Part shown: positions 32,542 through 44,155 of the stretch, one piece after another
How positions within the stretch are numbered: position 1 is the stretch's first letter
Layout: every line of letters begins with the position of its first letter
DNA from: Schizochytrium sp. TIO01
Taxonomy: Eukaryota; Protista; Bigyra: Labyrinthulomycetes
Length of the DNA: 64,000 nucleotides
Direction: 5' to 3'
Assembly (NCBI GenBank): GCA_004764695.1
Contig: SMSO01000032.1
Span: forward strand, 8,154,483-8,218,482
Notes under the pieces: generated by a model
What the model saw: the letters and a program-made list of their open reading frames with translations, nothing else
Told to the model about the DNA's origin: nothing
Database searches by the model: none
Program-made: the position numbers and the translations under genes

Positions 32542-35500
32542 ATGAACTATAGGCAACTGAATAGCCGTGGGGCGAGCGGCTCGAGTGGATCACATGCAAA
32601 TGGAAACTCTGGCAATGTCTATGGTGCAAAAGCTGCTTCGATTCTTAGCAAATTACATTCATTGGCGGCAAATCGCACCGATGGTGTTACTGAGGATGAT
32701 GCTCGTAACTGTCAGGAATGCTTGGCAGGACTATGTGTTCTCGCGCGGAAACCTGCTGCAAAAGAAGTTGTTTTAAAAAGTATATGCACATTGCTAACGA
32801 ACACATTTCGAAGGTACAGAGCATATCCTTCCACATTACAATCTGCATGTGACTTGGTGTGGAGCCTTGCGTACCACGATGACGCGACGCAGGCTCTCTT
32901 TGCCGAAAGCGGTATTACAATTGCTGTCTTAGAATGCGCAGTGCACCACGAAGGCCTTGTAAGCTTGCTGAAGTCCTCATTTGGAGCCCTTTCAAGTCTA
33001 TGCCGAAATCAAGCTAATCAGAACCTTGCACGTAAGCATGGTGTTGTTGATCTTGTGCTTCGGGTTTTGGACCAAAATCCAGCAGAGGATCCCATGCTTG
33101 TGCAATACACGCTCGATTGTGCTGCATCAATATGCCATGCACACAAGGATAATGGGAACTTTTTCCTTGCCTACGACGGTGCGCGCCACGTGGTTAAGGC
33201 GCTTGATAATTATATGTCGCACCAAGGTGTGGTGCGATCTGCCTGTATTGTGCTAGTCGTCTTGCGAGATCGCGCAGGAGGCCCTAAAGCCGTCGCAGGT
33301 ACCGGGTGCATCCCTACCCTTGTGCGGGCAATCAAATTGCACGCATCAGTGCCAGAGCTTGAGCATATATTGTGCGCTTTACTCGGTCAGCTTATGCGCG
33401 AAGTACCCAATGTAATACCAGAAGGCCTCGAGTCAGGCGCTATAAGTGCTGTTTTGGAAGCTATGAAAGTTAATCCTGGACATTATTTTATTGTAGAGGC
33501 CGGTTGTATGGTACTTGGAGCGTGTGGGTCTTTGATCATCAAGCGCTCAGGAAGCGACAAGAGTCGGCTTGGTCGTCGGCGGCTACGAGCACGATTGTCA
33601 GACACAACTAATGGAGAGGATTCTGCAGCGGAAGAACTGGAGCGCGCATTAGATGGAGTAGGGTGGAGCGGTATTGCGGCTGTACTTCAGAGTCCAGATG
33701 CCAAACCTGGGGCATATGTAAGCTGTATGCGTGTTCTTGCCCAGTTTTGCCAAATTTCAGAAGGTCGTGGTCAATCCGTTGCACGTCTTCATGATCTTTT
33801 ACCTCGCGTGTTTTCTGTTTGTGGGCAATTTTCAGGAATCCATGTAGGACAGAGTTTGAGTATTCTTGAAAGTTTACTTTTGAGTTCATCTGTTGATTGC
33901 CTTGTTGCATCAGCGGTGTGCTGGACCAATAGCTTTATTGCCATTGTAGCCACCGGTGAGCGTGATGCTCGCATCGATTTAAATACCTGCGCTGCGTTTC
34001 GGCCACACACGAAACTAGGTGGCGACACACAATCGATACTTCGATGGTATCGAAATGCTGGCTCGTTGACGGTCACAGACATGCAAAAAATCGTTCTTGG
34101 TGCTTTATCTCGGCTTAAGCACCTCGAGACAGATAGGACTCAAGGTCTTCATCAAAAGCAACAGCGGATTTTTGTTCAGGTGTATAATATGTTTTACTTA
34201 CTATCCGCATGGCTTTTAACTCGTGAGAGTAGGCAGGAGATCGTAAATCTTATTGATCGAGATGTCACTTGGAGTGAACTTCTTGGTCTTGCTCTTACAT
34301 GGTTGCGGGAAGCGCGTTGCGCTAATGAGCTAAGCTGCTTTGTGAAAGTTTTAGGCGAGCCCATGCTGGACGACGCTTTGCTTGTAATTGTCTCAACCCT
34401 TCAATTTGTTGTATGTACATTGTTGAAGGAACGACAGCTTACCTTGCGTTGCATGGCTTCGAACGGTGGCGTTACACTGGTGTTACAAATTCAGAAACTT
34501 GTCAAGGGTTTAAATCAGGTTGAACAAATTGGAGGTCATTTTGGACGTCTTCAAACTCTTGCTCTTGACACGACTGCCGTCATTCTACGCTTGATCGGTG
34601 CTGGAGCCTTACCTACAATGGACTTTTCACCATCTGAATCTGCTGTTACGAGCCTTTTATGGGATTTAAAGCTCTTGGAAGCTGCTGATGACCGCTCTTA
34701 TGAGGACCATCGGGCCGCGGCATGTGGCGAAAACGTGGCCAGTGATGGTGTGGAGGCAGCCGCAGAAGAAGAGAGGCCTTCATCCGGTAGACATGACGAA
34801 GACGAAGCGTCAAGGGATGGACAAGGCCGTGCCCCAGAAGATGATTCTGATGAAACTAAAACGCATGGACGTAATGGAAAGGGCTCCAATCAAGAAGATG
34901 ATGACGAAGATGGAGATGCGAATGATGATTCTGATGCTGACGATTCTGATGGGGATGATGAAGGCGTGGACGACGAGATAGTACCGCAACTCGATGGTGC
35001 TGATGACCAAGGTGCTGATGAGCTTGTGGTAAATGATGATGACGAGAAAGATCAAGAGGACACAAAGAGGCGCTCCGCAGACCGTCGTTCTTCATCACGA
35101 AAGATAGGGCATATTATTATGCCATTTGGCTCTGATCAAGATAGTGAGCGTGCTCCAGCAAAGTTTGTGGCAACGCTTCCAACTTTTATTCATGACCTCA
35201 CCGATGATGATTTTGAGCCATGTATTCCAATAACACAGCGCCTGAATCCAGCAACTGCCCAGGCGCTGTCAAAGCTAGGTGAATACCAACAACGAAGACT
35301 GGTGTATGATTGGCGCCAGTCTCTTGGAGAAGGAGAAGGTCGTGCACGATCTTCGTTACCTATGGCTGTTCCTTACTCATGTGGAACTGAAGAATCTGTA
35401 CAATTGAACGAACCTTCTATTCTCCTCGAAGGAGCCAGTTCGATACCACGCACCCCAATGGCAGGAATGCAGGATCACTATTTACGCTTTGAGAGTCGTT

Positions 35501-37785
35501 TTGAGGGAGGTAATCTTTTGCAGGCAAGCCGAATTGGGCCACGCGAATATGATTTGGTCATTCGATCGGATCTGCACACACGTTCTCATCATCAATGGTT
35601 TTACTTTGCTGTGTCTAATACACATACCGCAGACATTACAACCAGTGTTCAATACAAGTTTAACATCGTTAATGTGACGAAACCTAGCTCAATGTTTACA
35701 GAAGGCATGCAACCTGTATTGTATTCAATGAAGGACGCTAAGGATGGAAAAGGCCAGGGATGGCGTCGTGTTGGTAAGAATATAGCTTACTTTGCTAATT
35801 CGTACGCTACGCCACCGGCATTGTCGAAGAAAAGCAATACGGCCCATTATTATACTTTGACTTTTACCATGACATTTCCAAATCCGGAGGATATCTACTT
35901 TATTGCCATGTGCTATCCCTACACATATACACAGCTTCAAGACTTTCTCGGCAATGTTTGTGAAGAGAGTGCCAAGTCTAAGAGTAATATCTGCCGCCGC
36001 AGTCTCTTGTGTAATACGCTGGGCGGTCTGCGTTGTGACGAACTAACCATTACTGATTTTTCAAGTGACCCTGGGGAAGTTGCTGCAAGACCTGCTATAG
36101 TTCTAACAGCGCGCGTTCACCCGGGTGAAGTTGTAGCAAGTCATATGATTGAAGGTACTATTCGTTTTTTGTTGGGGGATAGCGCATTGGCCTGTACGTT
36201 GCGAAGGCTATATTACTTTAAAATTATTCCAATGCTGAATCCAGATGGAGTTTACCATGGTAATTCACGAACCTCATTATCTGGGTGCGATTTGAACCGT
36301 GCCTGGGTTGCGCCTAACCCGAATGTGTTCCCCACCATATATCATACTAAACAGATGATCCGCCGCCTCATTGCGCAGCGGAAGGTGTCTTTGTATGTTG
36401 ACTTTCATGGCCATTCGCGGAAGAAAAATATTTTCTTATACGGTGTTGAGTATAAAAAGTCCGCGGCTCGTGCCAGGGACGAGGTTGTTTATGATATGTC
36501 GAATCCTGTGCGCGCATTTCCAAAGCTGATGTCAGAATCAGAGTATACCAGTGATATTTTTTCATTGTCAGATTGTTCTTATGGCGTGAGTAAGAGCCAT
36601 ACGCAGGCCGCACGTGTAGTTGTTGCGCGAGAGCTGGGTGTACGGGCTTCATTTACCTTGGAAGCTTCATTTTGCGGTGCTGCCCATGGAACTTTGGACC
36701 CTCGTCTGGAGGAGCAGCATTTCAACGTGGAGCACTACCGCCGAGTGGGACTAGGGCTCTGTGACGCATTGTTGCGAATGAATCACGCTAAGCTGTACCA
36801 TGGGCTTCGTGAGCTTTGTGGAACTGCTCCAATTACTCGTACATCTGCGCCCCCGACATTACTTGAGGACCTTCTCGCACGTACAGTTGACAAGCCTCGT
36901 GTGGTGATTGCTCCAGAATTGATAAGTGCATCTGGCAACAGACCCCGTGTAGAGGTCACTTCAATCTTGCACGGTAGCAGTTCTTCTGGAGGAAGTGTAG
37001 GGCATAAACTTTCAACAACACCGTTGGCGCGAAAAGCAAACCAAGATCGGCGCTCGCCCACTCGAAAGAGCAATAATGGCTCTTCTTCTAGCTTGGGAGG
37101 AGGGTTACCCGGTAATAATATCGAGGTGGGCGACAAAACAAGCCTAGCTCCAAGTATTCCGCACTTTATGCTTGCTCGATCGAAGACGCATACGAGACTA
37201 AAACCTGATGATGCCGGGCGCTCACCAACAATAATACCGGGCGCTCAATCTGAGACATCATCTTTTCAGTGGACAGGACCAAATGCTTTGTCGACGGAGA
37301 CTAGTGATACCACGCTTGTCCGTAAATCTTCTCAAGGGCGCACGAGTAAAGGGAAAAAGAAAAAGAGCTCCTCTCATAATCAAGGTCGCATGTTGCAGAG
37401 CGTAGATGATGAGATGAGTAACAGAGGGAGCTTCACATCAGCAGGTAATAACAATCTCGGTCGACGTGCTCGCACAGCGAATGCAACAAGTTCGCGGGCT
37501 GGCAGACGTTTAAAACAGCAGCAACAGCAGCAACAGCAACAACAGCAGCAACAGCAGCAACAGCCAAAGCTGCAATCAAAGCACCTCCGAGGCAAATCAT
37601 CTGTCACGCAGAACAATGATCACCATCTTCCACAGCAGCTTCACATGCACCAAGCTACAAACCAGCCTCATCTTCTGAGCAATGCAAATAGCCAGAGATC
37701 GCTTCGTTCAACGGTACCTTCAACTGCGACCTTGGGTTTGTCTCTCTTGCCTGCTGTGCAGAATTCGCCAACTTCTCGTAATTAG
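32542..37785 (+). CDS. AGTPBP1: Cytosolic carboxypeptidase (M14D, CCP1/Nna1-like tubulin deglutamylase) with N-terminal armadillo-type repeats
   Basis: Pro-domain FESRFEGGNL, HQWFYF and CYPYTY; zinc and catalytic motifs ARVHPGE, PMLNPDGV..GNSR.SL.G.DLNR, VDFHGHS and FTLEASFCG; helical ARM-like N-terminal ~700 aa and an acidic linker. Exact paralogue assignment is uncertain. Confidence 0.88.
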   Translation: MNYRQLNSRGASGSSGSHANGNSGNVYGAKAASILSKLHSLAANRTDGVTEDDARNCQECLAGLCVLARKPAAKEVVLKSICTLLTNTFRRYRAYPSTLQSACDLVWSLAYHDDATQALFAESGITIAVLECAVHHEGLVSLLKSSFGALSSLCRNQANQNLARKHGVVDLVLRVLDQNPAEDPMLVQYTLDCAASICHAHKDNGNFFLAYDGARHVVKALDNYMSHQGVVRSACIVLVVLRDRAGGPKAVAGTGCIPTLVRAIKLHASVPELEHILCALLGQLMREVPNVIPEGLESGAISAVLEAMKVNPGHYFIVEAGCMVLGACGSLIIKRSGSDKSRLGRRRLRARLSDTTNGEDSAAEELERALDGVGWSGIAAVLQSPDAKPGAYVSCMRVLAQFCQISEGRGQSVARLHDLLPRVFSVCGQFSGIHVGQSLSILESLLLSSSVDCLVASAVCWTNSFIAIVATGERDARIDLNTCAAFRPHTKLGGDTQSILRWYRNAGSLTVTDMQKIVLGALSRLKHLETDRTQGLHQKQQRIFVQVYNMFYLLSAWLLTRESRQEIVNLIDRDVTWSELLGLALTWLREARCANELSCFVKVLGEPMLDDALLVIVSTLQFVVCTLLKERQLTLRCMASNGGVTLVLQIQKLVKGLNQVEQIGGHFGRLQTLALDTTAVILRLIGAGALPTMDFSPSESAVTSLLWDLKLLEAADDRSYEDHRAAACGENVASDGVEAAAEEERPSSGRHDEDEASRDGQGRAPEDDSDETKTHGRNGKGSNQEDDDEDGDANDDSDADDSDGDDEGVDDEIVPQLDGADDQGADELVVNDDDEKDQEDTKRRSADRRSSSRKIGHIIMPFGSDQDSERAPAKFVATLPTFIHDLTDDDFEPCIPITQRLNPATAQALSKLGEYQQRRLVYDWRQSLGEGEGRARSSLPMAVPYSCGTEESVQLNEPSILLEGASSIPRTPMAGMQDHYLRFESRFEGGNLLQASRIGPREYDLVIRSDLHTRSHHQWFYFAVSNTHTADITTSVQYKFNIVNVTKPSSMFTEGMQPVLYSMKDAKDGKGQGWRRVGKNIAYFANSYATPPALSKKSNTAHYYTLTFTMTFPNPEDIYFIAMCYPYTYTQLQDFLGNVCEESAKSKSNICRRSLLCNTLGGLRCDELTITDFSSDPGEVAARPAIVLTARVHPGEVVASHMIEGTIRFLLGDSALACTLRRLYYFKIIPMLNPDGVYHGNSRTSLSGCDLNRAWVAPNPNVFPTIYHTKQMIRRLIAQRKVSLYVDFHGHSRKKNIFLYGVEYKKSAARARDEVVYDMSNPVRAFPKLMSESEYTSDIFSLSDCSYGVSKSHTQAARVVVARELGVRASFTLEASFCGAAHGTLDPRLEEQHFNVEHYRRVGLGLCDALLRMNHAKLYHGLRELCGTAPITRTSAPPTLLEDLLARTVDKPRVVIAPELISASGNRPRVEVTSILHGSSSSGGSVGHKLSTTPLARKANQDRRSPTRKSNNGSSSSLGGGLPGNNIEVGDKTSLAPSIPHFMLARSKTHTRLKPDDAGRSPTIIPGAQSETSSFQWTGPNALSTETSDTTLVRKSSQGRTSKGKKKKSSSHNQGRMLQSVDDEMSNRGSFTSAGNNNLGRRARTANATSSRAGRRLKQQQQQQQQQQQQQQQQPKLQSKHLRGKSSVTQNNDHHLPQQLHMHQATNQPHLLSNANSQRSLRSTVPSTATLGLSLLPAVQNSPTSRN
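37516..37563 (+). repeat. CAG/CAA repeat encoding Q16 in the carboxypeptidase tail
   Basis: Read directly. Confidence 0.95.
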
Positions 37786-39380
37786 CCTATTCTCATCATT
37801 TGTGCTGATATCGAAGTCTCACCATCGTGTTCATAATTTTTACATAAAGCGCAATTGCATCTTGATGGCAGAAGCCTCCCAGGACAAGTGCAAAGTGATC
37901 GTGACTAACACGGTGTGCGGCACGCGGCATGATAAATTCTTGAAACTTGCACTAATAAGAAAGAAACCCGGGCATTCACAGGCACAGTGTGAAGTACCAC
38001 CTAGTTAAATGTGATTAAGTCGATTAGCAGTATTGGCCTTCTCAATTTTTGGCAAGATATATGCTTTCCTAAACAGTCATATTTTAGAATGAAACAAAAT
38101 ATTTTCCTTTGTCGTTCTTCAAGCTGCGCTGTGCATTTGCAATCAGCAGGCAACCAACCACCAGTTGGGGTTGGAACTTACCTATTGTGCCTACCATCCA
38201 GTAGAGCAAGTTAATCCACGCTTGCACACCCCATCATGAACCATGAAGATCTCCATCACATATTGCTCGCGCTTTTCGCGATGGCGTTCTCTAATGCTGC
38301 AAGACTTCTTACATATACTAACAGGAGCACCTCGTGCAATTTCCAGGTTCGCCATTTCCTTTACTTCCCTCCACACACGCGATGGACTATTCCCTCGCCC
38401 AGGTCGCGTCAAGTTACTTGAGCTGAGCCATTACTTCCGATGATGACCACTTCTCTTCTACCTCCCCGCCACATTTTTTTCATTAAAAAGAACTCGACAA
38501 CTCCGAGCATCTGGAAATGAATACTAACCCCATCAACATCGCAGCTCTCCGAACACCCTTGCCACGACGAGTGTAGTGTTTTATTTGCATTTCTAATTCC
38601 ACAAAGGCCGCTCCAATATATTCTGAACTCAGTTGGACTTGGTTGAGCCTAGCTTTCATCCTCGCAGGCCTCGTACGCTATGGTGTGCTCTGGGTATTCA
38701 TTAATTCTATCTCGAGCTGCTCTTATCCCGGCTGCACCAGCTCGAGATTGTTGTGCTTTGATTTCCCACGACGATCGCGTGAGGTGAAGTCAACATCGAT
38801 CAATCTCATTTTCACACGCCTCCCAGCTCGCAGGAAACTTAATTTCTCCGCGGCCTCAGTCATCCTCAAGACCAGCAAATGGATGGAATGTAAATCGCTG
38901 TACTGCTAAATGCAAAGACCCTTAAAAGCAGCGTGCTCCTTGAATGCGTCAGTAACAAACAACAATCAACCCACCACAGAAACAGCTCCAATACTTAAAT
39001 ATTTTATTACAAAACATAAAATGTATAACTGATTGTAGTACTCAGCATCATCATAGCACATAACTATACCGCCTAACTAATGTTATTTGATCTCGCACTC
39101 TGAAAAGGTGTGTTCTATAAGATGAAAGCCTCCTCCTCCCCCCCTAAAATTTCAAGAACCTCTCCTCAAACGATCGCCACACCAGCAAAAGCAGCTAATA
39201 TCTCATTATCTAGTCTGCTGCGCTGCCTCTCTACGCGCCCCAAATGCTCTTCTCCCTCCATTTAGCTTGTTTCGCAAAGGGTCTCTCATCCCGACTTCAG
39301 ACTTGGGTGGACCTGAGCGCACGTGTATCCATCTATCTATTTATTGAGTAGGCAACAACAATATTATGGACATTCTTTTA

Positions 39381-39417
39381 ATTGCATTGCATTGCATTGC
39401 ATTGCATTGCATTGCAT
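39381..39417. repeat. (ATTGC)n microsatellite
   Basis: Read directly, about 7 copies. Confidence 0.9.
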
Positions 39418-40754
39418 GCATTCGCAATATGATTAGGTACCCCCCTCGCTTCGTAGCGATGGCGGAAAACACGTCTCTGCATCCTTCATGTGTCTATCGT
39501 GATTGCTTGCGAGGCAGCGCTTGCTTGTTTTGTTTGGATTCCTTCGGTTTCCGACGAAGAGTTCGTGATGGTTCGAAGAGCAAAAAAATTGCTCTGCTTG
39601 AAAGAAAGGACATTGCTTCCTAAGGCGCTATAGGGTACTCCTACCCACCACATATAATACGAGAGCAAAGGAATAAAAGAGAAGAGCCATCTTCGAGTCC
39701 TTTCAGGAAAGGGAATTAAGTTGAGGATTGGGTGAAGGAGCGAATATGTGCTTATAAAACGATCCGCATAACTCACCGCGGAGGCGGGAAGAGGCATCGA
39801 GGAGCTTGGAGACAGTCTGAGGGACCTGCCATCTGACGCTTTTTATCTGTGCGAAGGGGGCTTAGTTTGTAATAACTTTGTTGTTCTTTTTTATCTGTAT
39901 TATCACCATATTCGTGTGAAAGGGTACGAAAGTTTTGTTCCGAGAGTTAAATAAAAGAAAGTTAGGCGCTCTAAAACCTCAAGTTAAGTTTTTGTTTCTT
40001 GGTGAAAAGGCCGCAAAGAAATGAGAACTTGAATGAATGAAACGCCTCAAAGTTTTCTTCATCGCCTGCCTAATTAGGAGGTAAAAGGAAAATGAAAATG
40101 AAAATGAAAATGAATGGCCGAAAAGGGCCTAAATTGAATCGAATGGCGCACTCCGTGGATTCCGGAGTCGTAGTGCTATAACAACCTGCTCGAGAGTCAA
40201 TCAATCAAGCCGTGGTCCCTGACCGACACAGTAGCAAGTACTTGCCGAGCTCTTCGAACCTCCTGGCGAGTCATCGAATGTGCGAGTTTGGCCTCGAACA
40301 GCGCATCGCAACTGCTGATTCTACTTTGTAACGCTCCGGCACTATAGATGGATAGGTTGATTGTTAGATGGTTTATAGATTTTATAGATCTTAGGTCTCT
40401 TATTTCTGCCAATGTATGTATGTATATATCTATATATCTTATATATATGTATCGAAGGCAATTCAATTCGTTACACAACTAACTAATGCACGACGGACCA
40501 GGAACTCGAACTCGCGCCTGAAGTTTATGAAAACCGAGCACCCACTCACTCACCACTTACTCACTCATTCACTGCCTCCGGCTAATACGGTCTCGACGAA
40601 GGCGCGTTTGATCGTGCTTTGGCTACGGGTTCTCAGCCCCAATCTCCAAGGAATGGAGATGAACGAGCAATTGCTGGAAGAGCTCACGCGAAGAACTGCG
40701 ATGTTCAACTATCGACGGCGATTTCCTTTTCCAATATAATTCTTTAGGCCTTTC

Positions 40755-40889
40755 CTTTTCTCTTCTTTTCTCTTCTTTTCTCTTCTTTTCTCTTCTCTTC
40801 TCTTCTTTTCTCTTCTCTTCTCTTCTCTTCTTTTCTTTTCTTTTCTTTTCTTTTCTTTTCTTTTCTTTTCTCTTCTTTTCTTTTCTTTT
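40755..40889. repeat. Polypyrimidine pentamer array (CTTTT/CTCTT)n
   Basis: About 135 bp of pure C/T on the + strand; source of the spurious KRKEK ORF. Confidence 0.92.
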
Positions 40890-43087
40890 GTTTGCCCCCC
40901 GAATCAACTTTAATCAAAATATGATACTGCGTACCTTTTCAAGTTGATTTTTAAAATTAAAAATAATGACATAATTGAAATAATTTAAACAATTAAGGAT
41001 AAGAGCATCCATTGTGGTCTCCTAACAGATGTCGGCTGAAAGAGAAACTACTAAGGTTAAAGTTAATAGGCCCCTAATTCGGGAATGCGGTTGCACACTT
41101 TCTTCGCTTATGGGAGACGGCCGCGCGTGCGTATACTAATCGTTACCATAGCAACACACGGGTTAATAACTTAGAATTGATAATCACCTTAATTGTATAA
41201 TTTATTAAATAGTCCTGTAATGTGAGGCTGGCTTTAATTAAGGTGGTGTATGCCACGCGCAGCCAATATTCCAGGCCTCTAGAACTTACTTATGCGCTGA
41301 TAAGGAAGGTAGAGTAAGCAACTGAGTATAGACTCTATAGTAGTACTAATCAAGACATCACTATGGCCCACATAATTGAGAAAAAGAGAAGTAAGAAAAT
41401 AACTTCAAGAATAACTCATAATCGTACGGTCGCTATCGAACACCTATTTAGTGCTACGCGGAGGGGTGGGCACGGCGCTTCTTTTAATTTATGTATATAT
41501 ACATATATAGACTTAAAGATGAATAATCAATTAATCACAAAGAATAGTGTCATATCCTCTAAATGGAGGTGCTATTGGTAAGAGTCTAATAAGACTATAA
41601 GTTGATCATTCAGAGTGTACCACTACTACTATGTATTCTATAGATTACCTATCTGTCTGTTTATTTCTTTCTTTGTTTCTTTAATTAGAATTCGTTTTTT
41701 AAGTATATTGTCAATTATTTTATGTCAATTAAAAAAAGAGAAAAAGTGAGTCGATGTGTATGGTATATATAGTTGATTGATTGATTCTCCTTCTGCAGTT
41801 CTTGGTTCATAATGTTTGAGTCCAGTTCTCTCAGGAGTCCGAGGGACCTGAGGCCGCCGAGACAAGGTTGGGGGCCTGTGCCAGGACTCTTCAGAGCCTC
41901 CTCTGGCCATAGCAAGAGGGCAGAGCAGAGCCAAGTCGGCCGGATTCCCGTTATTCACTCTGGTTTGGTTTTTAGTTTATTAATTTATATTGATTTATTT
42001 CTAAGTTTTCAATCAGCTAAAAGAAAAGGAAAACGAAAACGAAACGAAAGAAAAGAAAGTTGTTATTTGGTTATCTAATCTAAGGCAGAGGGAGACAAGT
42101 ACAGACAGAAAGAAAAGGGCCTTCGTGGAAAGCAAAGAACAAACACGGCTAATGGCTCTGCGTTTCTGAAATGAAAGGCTGCGCTTCTTGGTATATGTCT
42201 CTATCTCTGATCATAGTTGTTTAGTTGAAACAATGAGACATAACTTTGTAGATATCTATGCGAATCAGGGAAATATCAGATGACAAACTGCTCCTAAGAA
42301 GAAGAAAGAAAGAGTCAAAGGGTAGAGTAAAGAATAGCAATGGGGCTATTAGGTTTTCCCCGAGCTACTGGTACTGGATATCTATGATAAATAGTAAAAC
42401 ACATTTTAGGCCTTTTCAGATAAAGGAAGGCTTTAAAAGAGGCCCAAAGGAAAGAGAAAGAGATGAGATGAAGAAGAAAGGGTAGTACCAACTAGTAGTA
42501 CTTACTATCGCTTAATACGTAGGTAGGCACGACGAACTCTTTGTGGTGTTTAGATGGGTCTAGATGGGTCTAAATTCGCATGCGCTTTTATGGATTGGCA
42601 TTCGATTGAATACACTTACTTGAACACAATTGAGCACAATACGACACAATACAATGCAGTTCGAGTTAATTCAATTAGCTCGACGCAACTCGATAGCATA
42701 GAATTAGGCCCTGCGTGGGTATATTTGGACGTTTGTGGAGTCTGGGGCCGTGTAAAAAGGGAGGCTTACGAGCAGGTTTGAGGGTGATTGCGCTGTCTAT
42801 AAGTTAGACTTATAGGCCTCTTTTAATCCTAATACTCACTGGAAGAATAGAATACTTTTGTTCTTTTTCTTTTTGAAATAAAAACCAATCAAAGACTACC
42901 TTCCTACTGACACTTCTGTAGTGCATTTCAAATAGGATGTAAGTAAGTAGAAAATAGAAAAAATAGGTGAATAAGAATATGACAGTATATGGTGAATATT
43001 ATACAACATACAAATATGAAAATAAGGAATAAAGCACAGAATCATAAGACACATCGATAAACACACCCAAAAAATTGAATGAAAGAA

Positions 43088-43226
43088 GAATAAATTACAG
43101 AAGTTAAAGAGAAATAAATTACAGAAGTTAAAGGGAAATAAAGAAGTTAAAGAGAAATAAATTACAGAAGTTAAAGGGAAATAAATTACAGAAGTTAAAG
43201 AGAAATAAATTACAGAAGCTAAAGAG
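43088..43226. repeat. 24-bp minisatellite (AATAAATTACAGAAGTTAAAGRGA)n, about 6 copies, one internally deleted
   Basis: Read directly. Confidence 0.9.
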
Positions 43227-44155
43227 AAAGAAAGTAGAAATAGACTCGCAGCTCCTTGCCAGGCGGCGCGGCGGGAGCGCTGGAAACGCAGCACTGGTCC
43301 AAGGTCGCCGGAAAACGCCAAGGCCAGAGAGGTAGCTGGCTAAACGAGGAGCTCTCCACCCAGTGGGTGTTTTACTCTCAAGCGGTGGCGCTTGCGAAGA
43401 AGCGGATTTCAAATTCATTGGTCATTTTATTCGTTCATCCTTTTGGTGATCCACCCACCCTGCAACTCATCCATCAGCTACGTTGGCCAGAAGCTGAAAG
43501 GAGGACACAGTATTGAGCACGCGGGGACCTCGCGACGTTGCCAAGGGCCTCTTGCGCGACTATATCGCAGGCAGTAGACTCTCGCTTGCTTCCGCACAGC
43601 TCCAAAAGGCCCTTCTTGAAAAGCGGAAGAAGGCGAAACATATTAGAGGAATTCTTAGGAGACAAGTAAGTAAAACTCTAAGAAGGGAGTGCGTGCTCTC
43701 TTTGACGGATCGATTGATCAATTGTTATTATTGGTATTGTTGAGCTGGTGTTGAACGTCAATAATTGGGTACCTTTGAAGTATTCGTGGCGAACAAGTGC
43801 AGAGGGTTCTACGTTGTTTGCAAACGGTTAAGACTGTATAAGGTTGTACTTTGACAGACGCTAGTCAAACATTTCTTGAAGGAGCTTGGTGACTTAGGAA
43901 CAGTCCTTGGAAAAATTAACTACTGGATCACTTGAAGCGCTCACGGGGTGCGCAAAAGCTATCTGTTTGTCTGTCAAATTCCTTGGTATTGTTGGTGAGG
44001 TTTGTGTGTAAGCCAATCTGTCCACGGGAGGAAGGAGATAGATTTATTTCTCTGTAATCCCTTCGGTTGAGTCAAGTTCCTAGATCGTGGCAAAACTCAA
44101 CCAAGGTCTCCGACCCCTGGAAAGGGGTGCGGAGGGCCACTATAAAAAGGGCCCA

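Noticed and set aside
38243-38443. ORF starting MKISITYCSRF, reminiscent of SelW/Rdx-family N-termini (ITYCxxC/U)
   Set aside because: The second Cys/Sec is absent and there is no downstream G.FEV-type motif; most likely chance.
40623-40907. K/R/E-rich ORF; likewise the NQSI, FIHS and FNFCNL repeat ORFs at 63.1, 8.8 and 42.9-43.4 kb
   Set aside because: Artefacts of simple repeats.
41800-41965. GC-rich island in AT-rich DNA as a possible structured RNA gene
   Set aside because: No tRNA A/B boxes, snoRNA boxes, Sm site or convincing long stem were identified.
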